DNA of 64,000 bases from Acidimicrobiia bacterium (GTDB taxonomy: Bacteria > Actinomycetota > Acidimicrobiia > Spongiisociales > ZC4RG35), in assembly GCA_965215185.1 (NCBI GenBank), contig OZ244034.1, positions 608,001 through 672,000 on the forward strand, written 5' to 3'. Within the stretch, counting starts at the first letter, position 1, and each line of letters starts with the position of its first letter. Below the pieces are notes generated by a model. That model was not told the origin of the DNA. It ran no database searches and saw nothing but the letters and a program-made list of their open reading frames with translations. A program made the translations under genes and the position numbers. Of this stretch, positions 18,812-28,542 are shown piece after piece.

Positions 18812-21328
18812 TTGTCTGAACAAATCGTGACCGGGATGGTGGGTGGAAAGCAAATCACCCTCAGCACCGGCAAACTGGCCGTTTCGGCCCATGGAGCAGT
18901 AGTGCTCCGCTTAGGAGGGGTGGAATTACTGGTGACAGCCACCGCCAATCAGGATGTAAGGGAGGGAATAGATTTCTTTCCGCTCACCGTCGATTTGGAA
19001 GAACGCATGTATGCGGCCGGCCGGATCCCCGGCTCCTTTTTCCGGCGAGAGGGCAGGCCCAGCGAGGGGGCCACTCTGGGTTGCCGTTTGATCGACCGGG
19101 CGCTCCGCCCGTCCTTCGTCAAAGGCTTCCGGTGTGAAACCCAGGTTGTGGCCATGCCTCTTTCCATCGATGGAGAGAACCCTTTTGACGTCTTGGCGCT
19201 GATCGGCGCCTCCGCAGCTCTATCGGTGAGCCCGATTCCCTTCCGAGGTCCAATCGGCGCCGCCCGTCTGGCCCTTGTCAAGGGCGAATGGGTTCCTTTC
19301 CCGACTCACCAGGAAATCACCGAGGGCGTGTTTGAAATTACGGTGGCCGGTCGGCGTAATGAGACCGGTGAGATCGATGTAATAATGGTCGAGGCTGGCG
19401 CCTCACCTGGTGGTGTTCGGTTGGTGGCCGACGGTGACGCACCTAGCGATGAAGCAGCGGTAATGGAGGGACTGGCGCAAGCTAAGGCCATCATCGCCGA
19501 GAGCATTGATTTGCAGTTGAAGTTGGCCGAACTGGTCAGCATCCCCGCCGGGGACTGGCCGGTGGTCACCGACTACTCGCCCGAGGTTATGGAGAAGGTG
19601 GAACAATCCGCCGGAGCGGGCTTGCAGGAACTTATCAGAATGGCTGATCGGCGGGAGCGCGCTGCTGCCGAGAGGAAGTTGCGGGAAGAAACCGTGACCG
19701 CGGTAACCGGCGACAATCCCGATCTCACTGCGGAAGCGAAGAAGGCCTTCAAGCAGGCCCTCAAGTCCGCCATGCGCCAGCGGGTGGCCAGCGAGAGCGT
19801 GCGTCTGGACGGACGCTCACCATCCGACATCCGTCCTCTCACCATCGAAGTGGGGACGGTGGAACGGACTCACGGATCGGGTCTTTTCCAAAGAGGCGAA
19901 ACGCAGGTGTTGAACATCGCCACTTTGGGCATGTTGAGAATGGAGCAGATGCTCGACGATCTGGGCATTGAGGAAGGCAAGCGGTTTATGCACCACTACA
20001 ACTTCCCACCGTTCTCCACCGGTGAGGCCGGGTTCATGCGCGGTCCCAAGCGCAGGGAGATCGGACACGGCGCTTTGGCGGAAAAGGCGCTTCTGCCCGT
20101 GGTTCCCGGTCCCGAGGATTTCCCCTACGCGCTGCGGTTGGTCTCCGAGGTTCTTTCCTCTAACGGATCCTCTTCCATGGCTTCGGTGTGCTCCTCAAGC
20201 CTGTCCCTGATGGATGCCGGCGTACCCATCATCGCCCCGGTAGCGGGTATCGCCATGGGGCTGATCCATCAGGACGGACAGTACGTGACTCTCACCGACA
20301 TCCTTGGCGACGAGGACTTCATGGGCGACATGGACTTCAAAGTGGCTGGAACTGCGGAAATGATTACTGCCCTCCAGTTAGACACCAAGATCGCCGGGCT
20401 GCCCACCGAGGTGTTGAGCCAAGCGCTCTCTCAGGCCCGGGATGCTCGCTTGTTCATTCTGGAGGAGATGAACAAGGTGATCTCCGAGCCGCGCTCCGAA
20501 CTCAAGGAATGGACACCGCGCATCGAGGCCATCGAAATACCCAAGGACAAGATCGGCGAAGTGATCGGCCCCAAGGGCAAGATGGTCCGGGAACTTGAAG
20601 AGGAAACCGGTGTCTCTATCGAGATCGAAGAGACCGAAGGCAAGGGAATCGTGCGGGTGGCTTCGGCCGACAGCGCCGCTCTCGAAGCAGCCAAAGAGAG
20701 GATCAGAATGATCGCCTTTCCACCTACACCCGTAGAGGGCAAAGAGTACGAAGGGGAGGTGGTCAACATCACCACCTTCGGCGCCTTTATCAACATCCTG
20801 CCCGGACGCGACGGCCTACTCCACATTTCCAAGATCGACCCTGATCGCCGGGTCAACCGGGTCGAGGACTACCTCTCCCAGGGTCAGATGGTGAAAGTGG
20901 TGGTGGAAGGCACGGATCGGGGCAAGGTCAGCCTGATCTTGGCCGAACGGCTGGAGGGTCCTCCTCCCGGTCAGGAAAGCCCGCGACCCGAAATGGGCGA
21001 CCGCGGTCCTCGCCGTGATGGTGGTGGACGTGGCGGTCCTCGCCGTGATGGTGGTGGACGTGGCGGTCCTCGCCGTGATGGTGGTGGACGTGGCGGTCCT
21101 CGCCGTGATGGTGGTGGACGTGGCGGTCCTCGCCGTGATAGTGATTCACGTGGCGGCGGTCCTCGCCGTGACGGTGACGGCCGCGGCGGCGACCAGGGGG
21201 GAAGCCGTCCGGGAGGCAGACGCCAAGGCGGACGCGGTTCCGGTCCGCCTCGCACCGGTGGCGGTGGCGGTGGCGGCGGCGGTCAACGGCGCCGTGCCAG
21301 GTCGTTTGGAGATAACCGCGACAACTAG
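18812..21328 (+). CDS. pnp: Polyribonucleotide nucleotidyltransferase with Gly/Arg-rich C-terminal extension
   Basis: DFFPLTV, FFRREGRP, HGSGLFQRGETQ, HHYNFPPFS, RREIGHG, SNGSSSMAS, GDMDFKVAG, KH and S1 domains. Confidence 0.98.
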   Translation: MSEQIVTGMVGGKQITLSTGKLAVSAHGAVVLRLGGVELLVTATANQDVREGIDFFPLTVDLEERMYAAGRIPGSFFRREGRPSEGATLGCRLIDRALRPSFVKGFRCETQVVAMPLSIDGENPFDVLALIGASAALSVSPIPFRGPIGAARLALVKGEWVPFPTHQEITEGVFEITVAGRRNETGEIDVIMVEAGASPGGVRLVADGDAPSDEAAVMEGLAQAKAIIAESIDLQLKLAELVSIPAGDWPVVTDYSPEVMEKVEQSAGAGLQELIRMADRRERAAAERKLREETVTAVTGDNPDLTAEAKKAFKQALKSAMRQRVASESVRLDGRSPSDIRPLTIEVGTVERTHGSGLFQRGETQVLNIATLGMLRMEQMLDDLGIEEGKRFMHHYNFPPFSTGEAGFMRGPKRREIGHGALAEKALLPVVPGPEDFPYALRLVSEVLSSNGSSSMASVCSSSLSLMDAGVPIIAPVAGIAMGLIHQDGQYVTLTDILGDEDFMGDMDFKVAGTAEMITALQLDTKIAGLPTEVLSQALSQARDARLFILEEMNKVISEPRSELKEWTPRIEAIEIPKDKIGEVIGPKGKMVRELEEETGVSIEIEETEGKGIVRVASADSAALEAAKERIRMIAFPPTPVEGKEYEGEVVNITTFGAFINILPGRDGLLHISKIDPDRRVNRVEDYLSQGQMVKVVVEGTDRGKVSLILAERLEGPPPGQESPRPEMGDRGPRRDGGGRGGPRRDGGGRGGPRRDGGGRGGPRRDGGGRGGPRRDSDSRGGGPRRDGDGRGGDQGGSRPGGRRQGGRGSGPPRTGGGGGGGGGQRRRARSFGDNRDN
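21003..21171 (+). repeat. 30-bp coding tandem repeat in pnp (GPRRDGGGRG units)
   Basis: GCGGTCCTCGCCGTGATGGTGGTGGACGTG perfect at 21003, 21033, 21063 and 21093; partial copies at 21123 and 21156. Confidence 0.95.
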
Positions 21329-21330
21329 GT

Positions 21331-22419
21331 ATGGAGTTCCTTCGTTCAGATTTGGGCGAGATAGCCGTCTACAAACCCGGACGGCCTATCGAGGAAGTGG
21401 CGCGGGAACTGGGGTTCGAACCGGACTCTTTGGTGAAGGTGGCCTCCAACGAAAACCCCTACCAGCCGATGGACGAGGTATCGGAGGTGATGGCGCAGGC
21501 GGTGTCGGGGATCAATCGATACCCCGACAACCACGCCTACGATCTTCGGACCGCTCTCGCGCGCAGCCTTGGAGTGGGTTTTGACAACCTTTGGTGCGGG
21601 GCCGGATCGAGCGAATTAATTCGTCTAACCGCCTTGGCAGTGGGAGGCCCGGGACGGGAGGTGGTGTTTCCCTGGCCATCTTTCGCCATGTACCCGTTGT
21701 GCGCCCGGTATGCAATGATGACCCCGGTCACGGTTCCACTCACCGCCCAACACGGTTTGGACTCCGATCGTATCCTGGCGGCAATCGGCCCAAACACCGT
21801 TTTGGCATACCTGTGCAATCCCAACAACCCCTCGGGCTCATATCTGGCTGCCGACGAGGTCTCCCGGCTGATTGAGGAGATTCCCAACCGGGTGTTGGTG
21901 GTATTGGATGAGGCGTATTACGAGTATGTAACCGCCCCCGACTACCGGGGCACTGCTGCGGAGGCCCTGGAGCGTCCTAATGTGATCACGCTCCGGACTT
22001 TCTCCAAGATCTATGGAATGGCGGCGCTCCGGGTCGGCTATGCGGTTGGCCAGCCCGAGACCCTCCAACAATTGAGCAGGGTACAATCACCTTTCACAGT
22101 CACCTCGGTGGGTCAGGTAGGAGCGGTGGAGGCGCTGCGCCATCAGGATCAGATTGCGGTGCGGGTTACCGAAAACGCCCGGGAACGGGACCGGATTGAG
22201 CGGAGTTTGGCTGATCTGGGTATCAGTTATGTACCCAGTCAAACCAACTTCATATATTTCACGATCGGATTGGGCGCCGAAGAGAATGCGGCGCAGTTCT
22301 TGTCCCATGGCGTGATCCTTCGCACCTTTCCGGGAGAATGGGCCAGGGTTTCGGTGGGCACGCCCGAAGAAAACGACCGGTTCCTGGCCGCGGCCGCCGA
22401 GGTAGCCGGACGAGGCTAA
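21331..22419 (+). CDS. hisC: Histidinol-phosphate aminotransferase
   Basis: YKPG, ASNENP, NRYPD, CNPNNPSG, DEAYYEY, RTFSKIYGMAALRVGY. Confidence 0.92.
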   Translation: MEFLRSDLGEIAVYKPGRPIEEVARELGFEPDSLVKVASNENPYQPMDEVSEVMAQAVSGINRYPDNHAYDLRTALARSLGVGFDNLWCGAGSSELIRLTALAVGGPGREVVFPWPSFAMYPLCARYAMMTPVTVPLTAQHGLDSDRILAAIGPNTVLAYLCNPNNPSGSYLAADEVSRLIEEIPNRVLVVLDEAYYEYVTAPDYRGTAAEALERPNVITLRTFSKIYGMAALRVGYAVGQPETLQQLSRVQSPFTVTSVGQVGAVEALRHQDQIAVRVTENARERDRIERSLADLGISYVPSQTNFIYFTIGLGAEENAAQFLSHGVILRTFPGEWARVSVGTPEENDRFLAAAAEVAGRG

Positions 22420-22428
22420 TCGCCTGCT

Positions 22429-23643
22429 CTATTCAATAACGATTCGCAACCGATGAAAGGCTTGTTGCAGGGCTGACTCCACCTCGGAGGGCCGGGGGGC
22501 GGCGGCGAACAAAAACCCCAGGTATCGGTCTCCTTCGGGAAGGGCTTCCACCTTTCCTCCCAGGGGAACAGTGATCTGTAGGTCCACAATCCCGGGGGTT
22601 GCCCGCGCCTGATCTGAGCCTTCCACCCCTACCAGCCTCCCCGACCTGGGAATGGGGAGCATCATCACTCCCGTAGCGGCGGGCTGGCGGGTGGTGGAGG
22701 GTATCGTCATTCCAAGTGCTTGGCGGAGTATCAATGACTCCCAGGAGTCGCCCATCAGCCCGAAGCGGAGAGATCGGGCGCAAAGACCTCCAATGGAACG
22801 GGCTGCCACCTCCAAGACGTGCACCCGGTCGGGTCCGATCCGCAGTTCGGCGTGGATGGGTCCTTCCTTAAGGCCCAACGAGGACACCGCCCGCCGGGTG
22901 AGATGATCCACTTCAGCCAAGACCGCAGGCGGAAGGCGGGAGGGGGCAATCAACACCGTCTCCTCGAAATAGGGTCCTTGAGGCGCCGAGGGTTTGTCGA
23001 ACACGGCGAGAATGGTGAGGCGGCCTCCAATAAGCAGCCCCTCCACCGCCACCTCCCCTCCGGGGACAAATTTCTCGGCCAAGATGGGTTGGTTGGGGTT
23101 TTCTCCCGCCTTCGCCAGGATCCTTCGAATACGTAGTGCTGCGTCTTCGGCGTCGGACGCACGGTTGACGCGGATTACCCCCTGTCCGCCCGACCGGGAT
23201 ACGGGCTTGAAGACCACCGGGTAGCCCAATCCAGAGGCCACCCCAGCGGGAGAGGCTCCATGCTCGATGACCGCAAATCGGGGCTGGGAGACTTCATCCT
23301 GAGATAGCCGTCGACGCATCATGGCTTTGTTGCGAGTCGCCGCGGCGCTCGGAGGGGGATTGTGGGGGAGTCCTATCAACTCGGCGGCGCGGGCGGCTAC
23401 CACCACGCCTTGATCGTCGAGGGGGACTATGGCATCCACGGGGAGATGGGCCGCATGGTCGGCAAGGATCTGCGCGGACCACTCCGGGCGGGAGCAGTCG
23501 ATCCACACCCGTCGGTCGGGGGCTATCAAGGGCAGATCTTCCTCCGAGGCCACTGTAAGTTCGACTTCCAATTCAGCCGCCGCCGAAAGGAAATCGGAGG
23601 CCCGATAGGTTTGGGTGGGGATGATGAGCAAAACGTGAGCCAT
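22429..23643 (-). CDS. ATP-grasp domain protein (amino-acid ligase-like, substrate unknown)
   Basis: RNKAMMR, YPVVFKP..SGGQGV, EKFVPGGEVAVEG, FDKP..GPYFEET, HAELR, EVAARSIGG. Confidence 0.85.
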   Translation of the reverse strand: MAHVLLIIPTQTYRASDFLSAAAELEVELTVASEEDLPLIAPDRRVWIDCSRPEWSAQILADHAAHLPVDAIVPLDDQGVVVAARAAELIGLPHNPPPSAAATRNKAMMRRRLSQDEVSQPRFAVIEHGASPAGVASGLGYPVVFKPVSRSGGQGVIRVNRASDAEDAALRIRRILAKAGENPNQPILAEKFVPGGEVAVEGLLIGGRLTILAVFDKPSAPQGPYFEETVLIAPSRLPPAVLAEVDHLTRRAVSSLGLKEGPIHAELRIGPDRVHVLEVAARSIGGLCARSLRFGLMGDSWESLILRQALGMTIPSTTRQPAATGVMMLPIPRSGRLVGVEGSDQARATPGIVDLQITVPLGGKVEALPEGDRYLGFLFAAAPRPSEVESALQQAFHRLRIVIE

Positions 23644-23704
23644 TGAGAGTCCCAATGTAGACGACCCAAGGGCCATATGGACGGATGTTGGGCGAAAAGG
23701 GGGG

Positions 23705-23710
23705 TACCAT
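23705..23710 (+). promoter_or_regulatory. -10 element TACCAT 7 nt before ATG (probable leaderless nfuA mRNA)
   Basis: TACCAT-tagccac-ATG(23718), no SD. Confidence 0.5.
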
Positions 23711-23717
23711 TAGCCAC

Positions 23718-24335
23718 ATGTCGCGAAAAGTTCTCACCGTTGCCCCGGACGCAGTGGATATGATCGTCTCGCTGCGCGACCAGGAGCCGGGCGATCAGGA
23801 ATATGGACTGTCGATCGAGGTGAGTGGCATTCGGGGGGCGCAGTTCCAGTATGAGTTGAGCTTTGTGCCGGTTGAGGATCAGACCGACCATCAGATCCGA
23901 GAGGACTACGGGAGTCTGGCCATATTGATTCCTCACCATGATGTGGAAAAACTGTCGGGTGCGTCCTTGGAGTTGACCGCCGAGGGATTGGCGATGAACA
24001 ACCCCAATCTTCCACAGAGCCCCACCATGGCCGGCGCCAAACCGAGGGGAGATCTGTCCGGACCCTTGGCGGAGAAGATCTCCGTGGTCCTCACTGAGAA
24101 CGTCAACCCGGCCATCGCCATGCACGGCGGGATGGCGGAATTGGTGTCGCTCGACGGCACGGTGGCTTTTTTGCGTTTGTCGGGTGGATGCCAAGGATGC
24201 GGGATGGCTCAGGTCACTCTTAGCCAGGGCATAGAACGCATTCTCAGGGAATCCCTTCCTGAAATCACCGAGATAGTGGATGTAACCGACCACGCTTCTG
24301 GCGCCGACCCCTACTACGAATCCTCTAAGAAGTAA
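23718..24335 (+). CDS. nfuA: NfuA-like Fe-S carrier (degenerate ATC domain plus NifU-C domain)
   Basis: VNPAIAMHGG, LSGGCQGCG, IVDVTDHASGADPYY. Confidence 0.9.
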   Translation: MSRKVLTVAPDAVDMIVSLRDQEPGDQEYGLSIEVSGIRGAQFQYELSFVPVEDQTDHQIREDYGSLAILIPHHDVEKLSGASLELTAEGLAMNNPNLPQSPTMAGAKPRGDLSGPLAEKISVVLTENVNPAIAMHGGMAELVSLDGTVAFLRLSGGCQGCGMAQVTLSQGIERILRESLPEITEIVDVTDHASGADPYYESSKK

Positions 24336-24381
24336 CCTGACTCACTGTCTTTGGAGGCGGTGGCTTTGGATACCGCCTCGT

Positions 24382-27300
24382 TTACGGGATGTACTGCACA
24401 CCGGGAGGTAAAGGTGCCTGTGGCAAGCGCCCCCAGCAGGAGATGGTGCCGTCCGGGTCGATTCCACACGAGTAGCCGACGCCGACCGTTATGGAGAGGA
24501 ACTGGTCACCGAGTGCGTCAACCGCACTGTCTTCTGCCCTACCCCAGCAGACGATGGTGTCATCGGTGTGAATCCCGCACGAGAAGTGTTCGTTGACTGA
24601 GATATGGGTGAATGATCCCTCCGGGGCATCGGTCTGGCCGTGTTCGTTGTAGCCCCAGCAGGTGATTGCGTTATCGGTACCCAATGCACATGAATGTGAA
24701 GAACCGGCAGCCAGGGCGTCGAATACTCCCTCCGGCGGGTTGGTCTTATCTCCCCGACTGTCGCCCCAGCAGGTTATGGTGCTATCGGTGCGGATTCCAC
24801 AGGAGAAGCCGTTTCCGGCGGCGATGGTGTTGAACTCTTCTACCGGAGGGTCGGTTTGGCCGTGTTCGTTGTTGCCCCAGCAGGTGACTGCATTGTCGGT
24901 TCCGATTGCACAGGAGTGGTCGGTGCCAGCCGCCACCGTGGTGTAATCACCTTCAGGCGCCTGAGTCTGGCCGGTGAGATTGATCCCCCAGCAGAAGATG
25001 GACTGGTCGGTGCCGATAGCACACGAATGCAGCCAGCCGCTGTCAAGGTAGGTAAACCTCATCTGCGGAGGACTTGCCTGACCGTATTCGTTGTCTCCCC
25101 AACACGAGACAGAGCCGTCGGTGCCCAGTCCGCAGGAATACCCGCTACCGCTGGTGAGGGAGGTGAAGGGTCCTGGCGGTACTTCGGCCTGGCTGGCCGC
25201 ATTGATTCCCCAGCAAGTGATGGTCTGATCGGCCCCAATTCCACAGGTGTGGTCGAAACCGGGTGCGACGGCGATGAACTCCCCTCCGGGCGGATTCGCC
25301 TGACCGACTGTATTGCGGCCCCAGCAAGCCACGGTTTGGTCGGTCCGAATGGCACAGGAATGCAGAGAACCGGATGCGATAGAGGTGAAAGTCCCTGGCG
25401 GTGGTGTGGCTTGACCATGATCGGTGGCGCCCCAGCAGTGGATGGTCCGGTCAATGCCCAGGGCGCATGAGTGGTTGGCGCCCACCGTGATGGCGGTGTA
25501 TTCACCTTCGACAAGATCTGCCTGACCCTGGCTGTTGTCTCCCCAGCAGGTGACAGTTCGGTCGTCCCTTATGGCGCATGAGTGGTCTATTCCGGCTCCA
25601 ACGGTGGTGAACCGACCTTCCGGCGGGTCCCCCTGATTCTGGGTGCTGAGTCCCCAGCAGGCAATGCTTCCGTCAGGTCGTATTCCACAAGTGTGGCCTC
25701 CACCCCCGGTGCTGATGGACGTGAACTGACCTTCCGGTGGGCCGAGGCTCGCTCCCCAACAGGCGACGGTTTGATCGGTGCGAATCGCACAGGAATTGGC
25801 AGACTTGGCAGTGATAGCTGTAAAAGTCCCTGGCGGTGGTGTGGCTTGCCCGTAACTGTTGTCGCCCCAGCAGGCGACGGTTTGATCGATGCGGATGCCA
25901 CACGAATGATCGGCGCCCGTTGCGACCGCGATGAATGCCGATGGCGGTTCTTCCTGGCTTACCGGGGAAGGTTCCTCGTAATGTACGGCGGCGGGTAGTG
26001 GAATTACCGACGGGAGACCCCAGCAGGTGACCGTTTCGTCGCTGCGGACTCCGCAGGAAAGATTTCCGGTGGCGCCGATGGCTGTGAAGGTTCCAGACGG
26101 AGGGGTGGCTTGCCCGTAAGTGTCGTCGCCCCAGCAGGCGACGACACCATCGGTGAGTATGCCACAGGAGTGTTGGTCGCCGATCGCGATGTCGATGGTG
26201 AAGGTTCCAGGTGGGGGGGTGGCTTGTCTGTGGGTATCGTTCCCCCAGCAGGCGAGGGTGTTATCGGTTCTCACTGCACACGAATGGTCGGTCACCGCGG
26301 TCAAAGACTTGAACCTGCCCGTGGGTGGGGTGGCTTGTCCGTGGCTGTCGTTCCCCCAGCAGGCGAGGGTCAGATTGGTGCGGAGTCCGCAGGAGACGTT
26401 GTCACTGGCGGCTACGGCTGTGAACCGGCCCTCCGGTGGTATAACTTGCCCGGAGGTGTTGTAACCCCAGCAAGCGACGGTGTTGTCGGTTCGGATGGCG
26501 CAGGAATGACGGGCGGCGCTGGTGAGGGAGGTGAACTCCCCTGATGGGTAAAGGGTCTGGGCGTAGTCCCTATTGCCCCAGCAAGTGATGGTCCGGTCCG
26601 CTGCCAGCCCGCAGGAGTACCCGTCGCCGGTGGTAACGGCTGTGTATTCGCCGGTGGGCGCATCGGTCTGGCCTGACGTGTTGTCTCCCCAGCAACTGAT
26701 CGTGAGGTCCGCGCGGATCCCGCAAGAGTGATCATTGCCGAGACTGATGGTGGTGGTAAATGCGCCTTCCGGTGGTGTGGCCTGGCCGTTTTTGTTGGAG
26801 CCCCAGCAGGCGAGGGTGTTATCCGTCCGAACGGCGCACGAATGTCCGGGTCCATTCTTGATGGCGAAGAAGGGTCCCGTTGGTGGCTCAGCTTGGGTGG
26901 ACGGGTTGTAACCCCAGCAGGTGACGGTCTGGTCCGCCCCCACTCCACATGCATGGTCCAGTCCGGCTGAGATGGAGGTAAAGGGTCCGGACACCCGGTC
27001 GGGCAGTTCTTCAAACTCGTCACCCCAGCACACCGGGGTCTGGTGGCTGCGGATCGCGCACGAGTAATCAGCGATACCGGCGGAGATGGTTGTGAAGCTT
27101 CCCGAGGGTGGATCGGCCAGACCGCTGGCGTTGCCCCAGCAGGTGATGGTCCCATCCGTGCGTAGACCACAAGAGTGAATAATCGCAGCGCTGATGGCTG
27201 TGAAGGTTCCCGGCGGCGGGGTGGCCTGACCTACGGAGTCAAATCCCCAGCAGACCGCGGTCTGGTCGGGGCGAATGCCACACGAATGGGCGAAACCGGC

Positions 27301-28398
27301 GGCAATGGAGATGAACTCTCCTTCTGGCGCCTCGGCTTGGCCGCTCCAGTTGCTGCCCCAGCAGGTTACGGTTCCATCGGCGCCAATGGCGCAAGAGTGG
27401 CCGGTGCCGGCGGCGATGCCGGTGAACTCTCCTCCCGGTGGGTCGGATTGGCTGTCGCTATTGTCTCCCCAGCAGGTGACATTGCCGTCAGCGCCTAACG
27501 CGCAGGAGTGGCTGGTTCCGGTGGCGATGGCGGTGTAAGTCCCGAGCGGTGGGGTGGCCTGTCCGGAAGCGTTGTTTCCCCAGCAGTTGATCGTCTTGTC
27601 GTTCTGCAATGCACACGTAAAGTTCCACCCGGCGGCAATGGCGATGAAACCAGGCGGCGGTTCCACCTGCTGGGAGTGGTCGATAACCAGGTTGTAGGCG
27701 CGGTGCAGGAAGGTGGCTATCTGGGCGCGGGTAAGGGCGCCATGTGGGTCAAAGAAGTCATCACCCACTCCGGCAGTGATGCTGTAGAACAGCGCCCACC
27801 CCACCGACCCATCCGCCCAGAAACCGCGGGGTACGTCGTTGAAAAGATCTGATCCTCGGACCTCTTCACCGGTGATGGGACCCCCCACGAGGCGATTCAA
27901 GCGGTGCAGGAAGGTCACCATTTGCGCACGGGTGATAAGCCCGAGCGGGTCAAAAACTCCTTCTGTCACCCCGACAGTCACCCCGTGGTTTACCGCCCAG
28001 CCGATGTGTGCGTTGGCTTCGTGCCAGGCAGGTACATCTTTGAACCGGTCCGAACCGAGGACGCCGCCCAGGTTTGCGGGGCCTTCCAGAAGGGTATTGA
28101 TCCGGCTGAGGAATGTCACCATCTCCGCCCGGGTGGCCAGACCATCGAGATGGAACACCCCTTCCCCGGTCCCGTTCATGACCCCGTTTTCCACTGCCCA
28201 CCCCACCGCTTGGTCAGCCCAGTGTCCGACCGGCACATCCTCGAATCGGTCGGAACCCCTGGGATCGTCTGCACCAGTCGGCACAGGGCTGTCTTGGCCG
28301 ACTGGAGGTGGAGGCTCCTGTGCGCTTACGACAGTCGTCACCATCAGGGCGAGCGCCAACAGCGGAACAATGCGCGGTCGGAAGCTCTTTATTAACAT
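24382..28398 (-). CDS. Secreted S-layer-homology (3 x SLH) protein with 29 RCC1/BLIP-II-type repeats
   Basis: Signal peptide; three FxDVP..W..A.GW...G.T.G...F.P.G..TRA(E/Q) SLH motifs; 29 HSCxxxxDxTxxCWG repeats of about 37 aa. Confidence 0.9.
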   Translation of the reverse strand: MLIKSFRPRIVPLLALALMVTTVVSAQEPPPPVGQDSPVPTGADDPRGSDRFEDVPVGHWADQAVGWAVENGVMNGTGEGVFHLDGLATRAEMVTFLSRINTLLEGPANLGGVLGSDRFKDVPAWHEANAHIGWAVNHGVTVGVTEGVFDPLGLITRAQMVTFLHRLNRLVGGPITGEEVRGSDLFNDVPRGFWADGSVGWALFYSITAGVGDDFFDPHGALTRAQIATFLHRAYNLVIDHSQQVEPPPGFIAIAAGWNFTCALQNDKTINCWGNNASGQATPPLGTYTAIATGTSHSCALGADGNVTCWGDNSDSQSDPPGGEFTGIAAGTGHSCAIGADGTVTCWGSNWSGQAEAPEGEFISIAAGFAHSCGIRPDQTAVCWGFDSVGQATPPPGTFTAISAAIIHSCGLRTDGTITCWGNASGLADPPSGSFTTISAGIADYSCAIRSHQTPVCWGDEFEELPDRVSGPFTSISAGLDHACGVGADQTVTCWGYNPSTQAEPPTGPFFAIKNGPGHSCAVRTDNTLACWGSNKNGQATPPEGAFTTTISLGNDHSCGIRADLTISCWGDNTSGQTDAPTGEYTAVTTGDGYSCGLAADRTITCWGNRDYAQTLYPSGEFTSLTSAARHSCAIRTDNTVACWGYNTSGQVIPPEGRFTAVAASDNVSCGLRTNLTLACWGNDSHGQATPPTGRFKSLTAVTDHSCAVRTDNTLACWGNDTHRQATPPPGTFTIDIAIGDQHSCGILTDGVVACWGDDTYGQATPPSGTFTAIGATGNLSCGVRSDETVTCWGLPSVIPLPAAVHYEEPSPVSQEEPPSAFIAVATGADHSCGIRIDQTVACWGDNSYGQATPPPGTFTAITAKSANSCAIRTDQTVACWGASLGPPEGQFTSISTGGGGHTCGIRPDGSIACWGLSTQNQGDPPEGRFTTVGAGIDHSCAIRDDRTVTCWGDNSQGQADLVEGEYTAITVGANHSCALGIDRTIHCWGATDHGQATPPPGTFTSIASGSLHSCAIRTDQTVACWGRNTVGQANPPGGEFIAVAPGFDHTCGIGADQTITCWGINAASQAEVPPGPFTSLTSGSGYSCGLGTDGSVSCWGDNEYGQASPPQMRFTYLDSGWLHSCAIGTDQSIFCWGINLTGQTQAPEGDYTTVAAGTDHSCAIGTDNAVTCWGNNEHGQTDPPVEEFNTIAAGNGFSCGIRTDSTITCWGDSRGDKTNPPEGVFDALAAGSSHSCALGTDNAITCWGYNEHGQTDAPEGSFTHISVNEHFSCGIHTDDTIVCWGRAEDSAVDALGDQFLSITVGVGYSCGIDPDGTISCWGRLPQAPLPPGVQYIP

Positions 28399-28542
28399 GG
28401 GGTCCTTTAGTTTCACATGGTGGGGCCAATTTGAGCGAGGCGCCCTGCTCCTGGACCTGGTCCGTAGCCCACCGCAGAGTGAATCGGGTTGGGCCAATCT
28501 AACAAGGGAAGGGATAAGAGAGTCGGCAGAGGTGCATACGGG

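Noticed and set aside
21003-21171. 30-bp direct repeats as a CRISPR array
   Set aside because: Units are head-to-tail with no spacers, lie in frame inside pnp, and no cas genes are present
20928-21584. His-rich (HHHHGEDR) and hydrophobic (VVDVAVLA) repeat ORFs
   Set aside because: Alternative-frame readings of the pnp tandem repeat
24382-27660. About 111-bp periodic CCCCAGCAG motif as CRISPR or a DGR template/variable region
   Set aside because: The periodicity is explained by 37-aa coding repeats (CWG codons); no reverse transcriptase is present and no adenine-specific TR/VR pair was noticed
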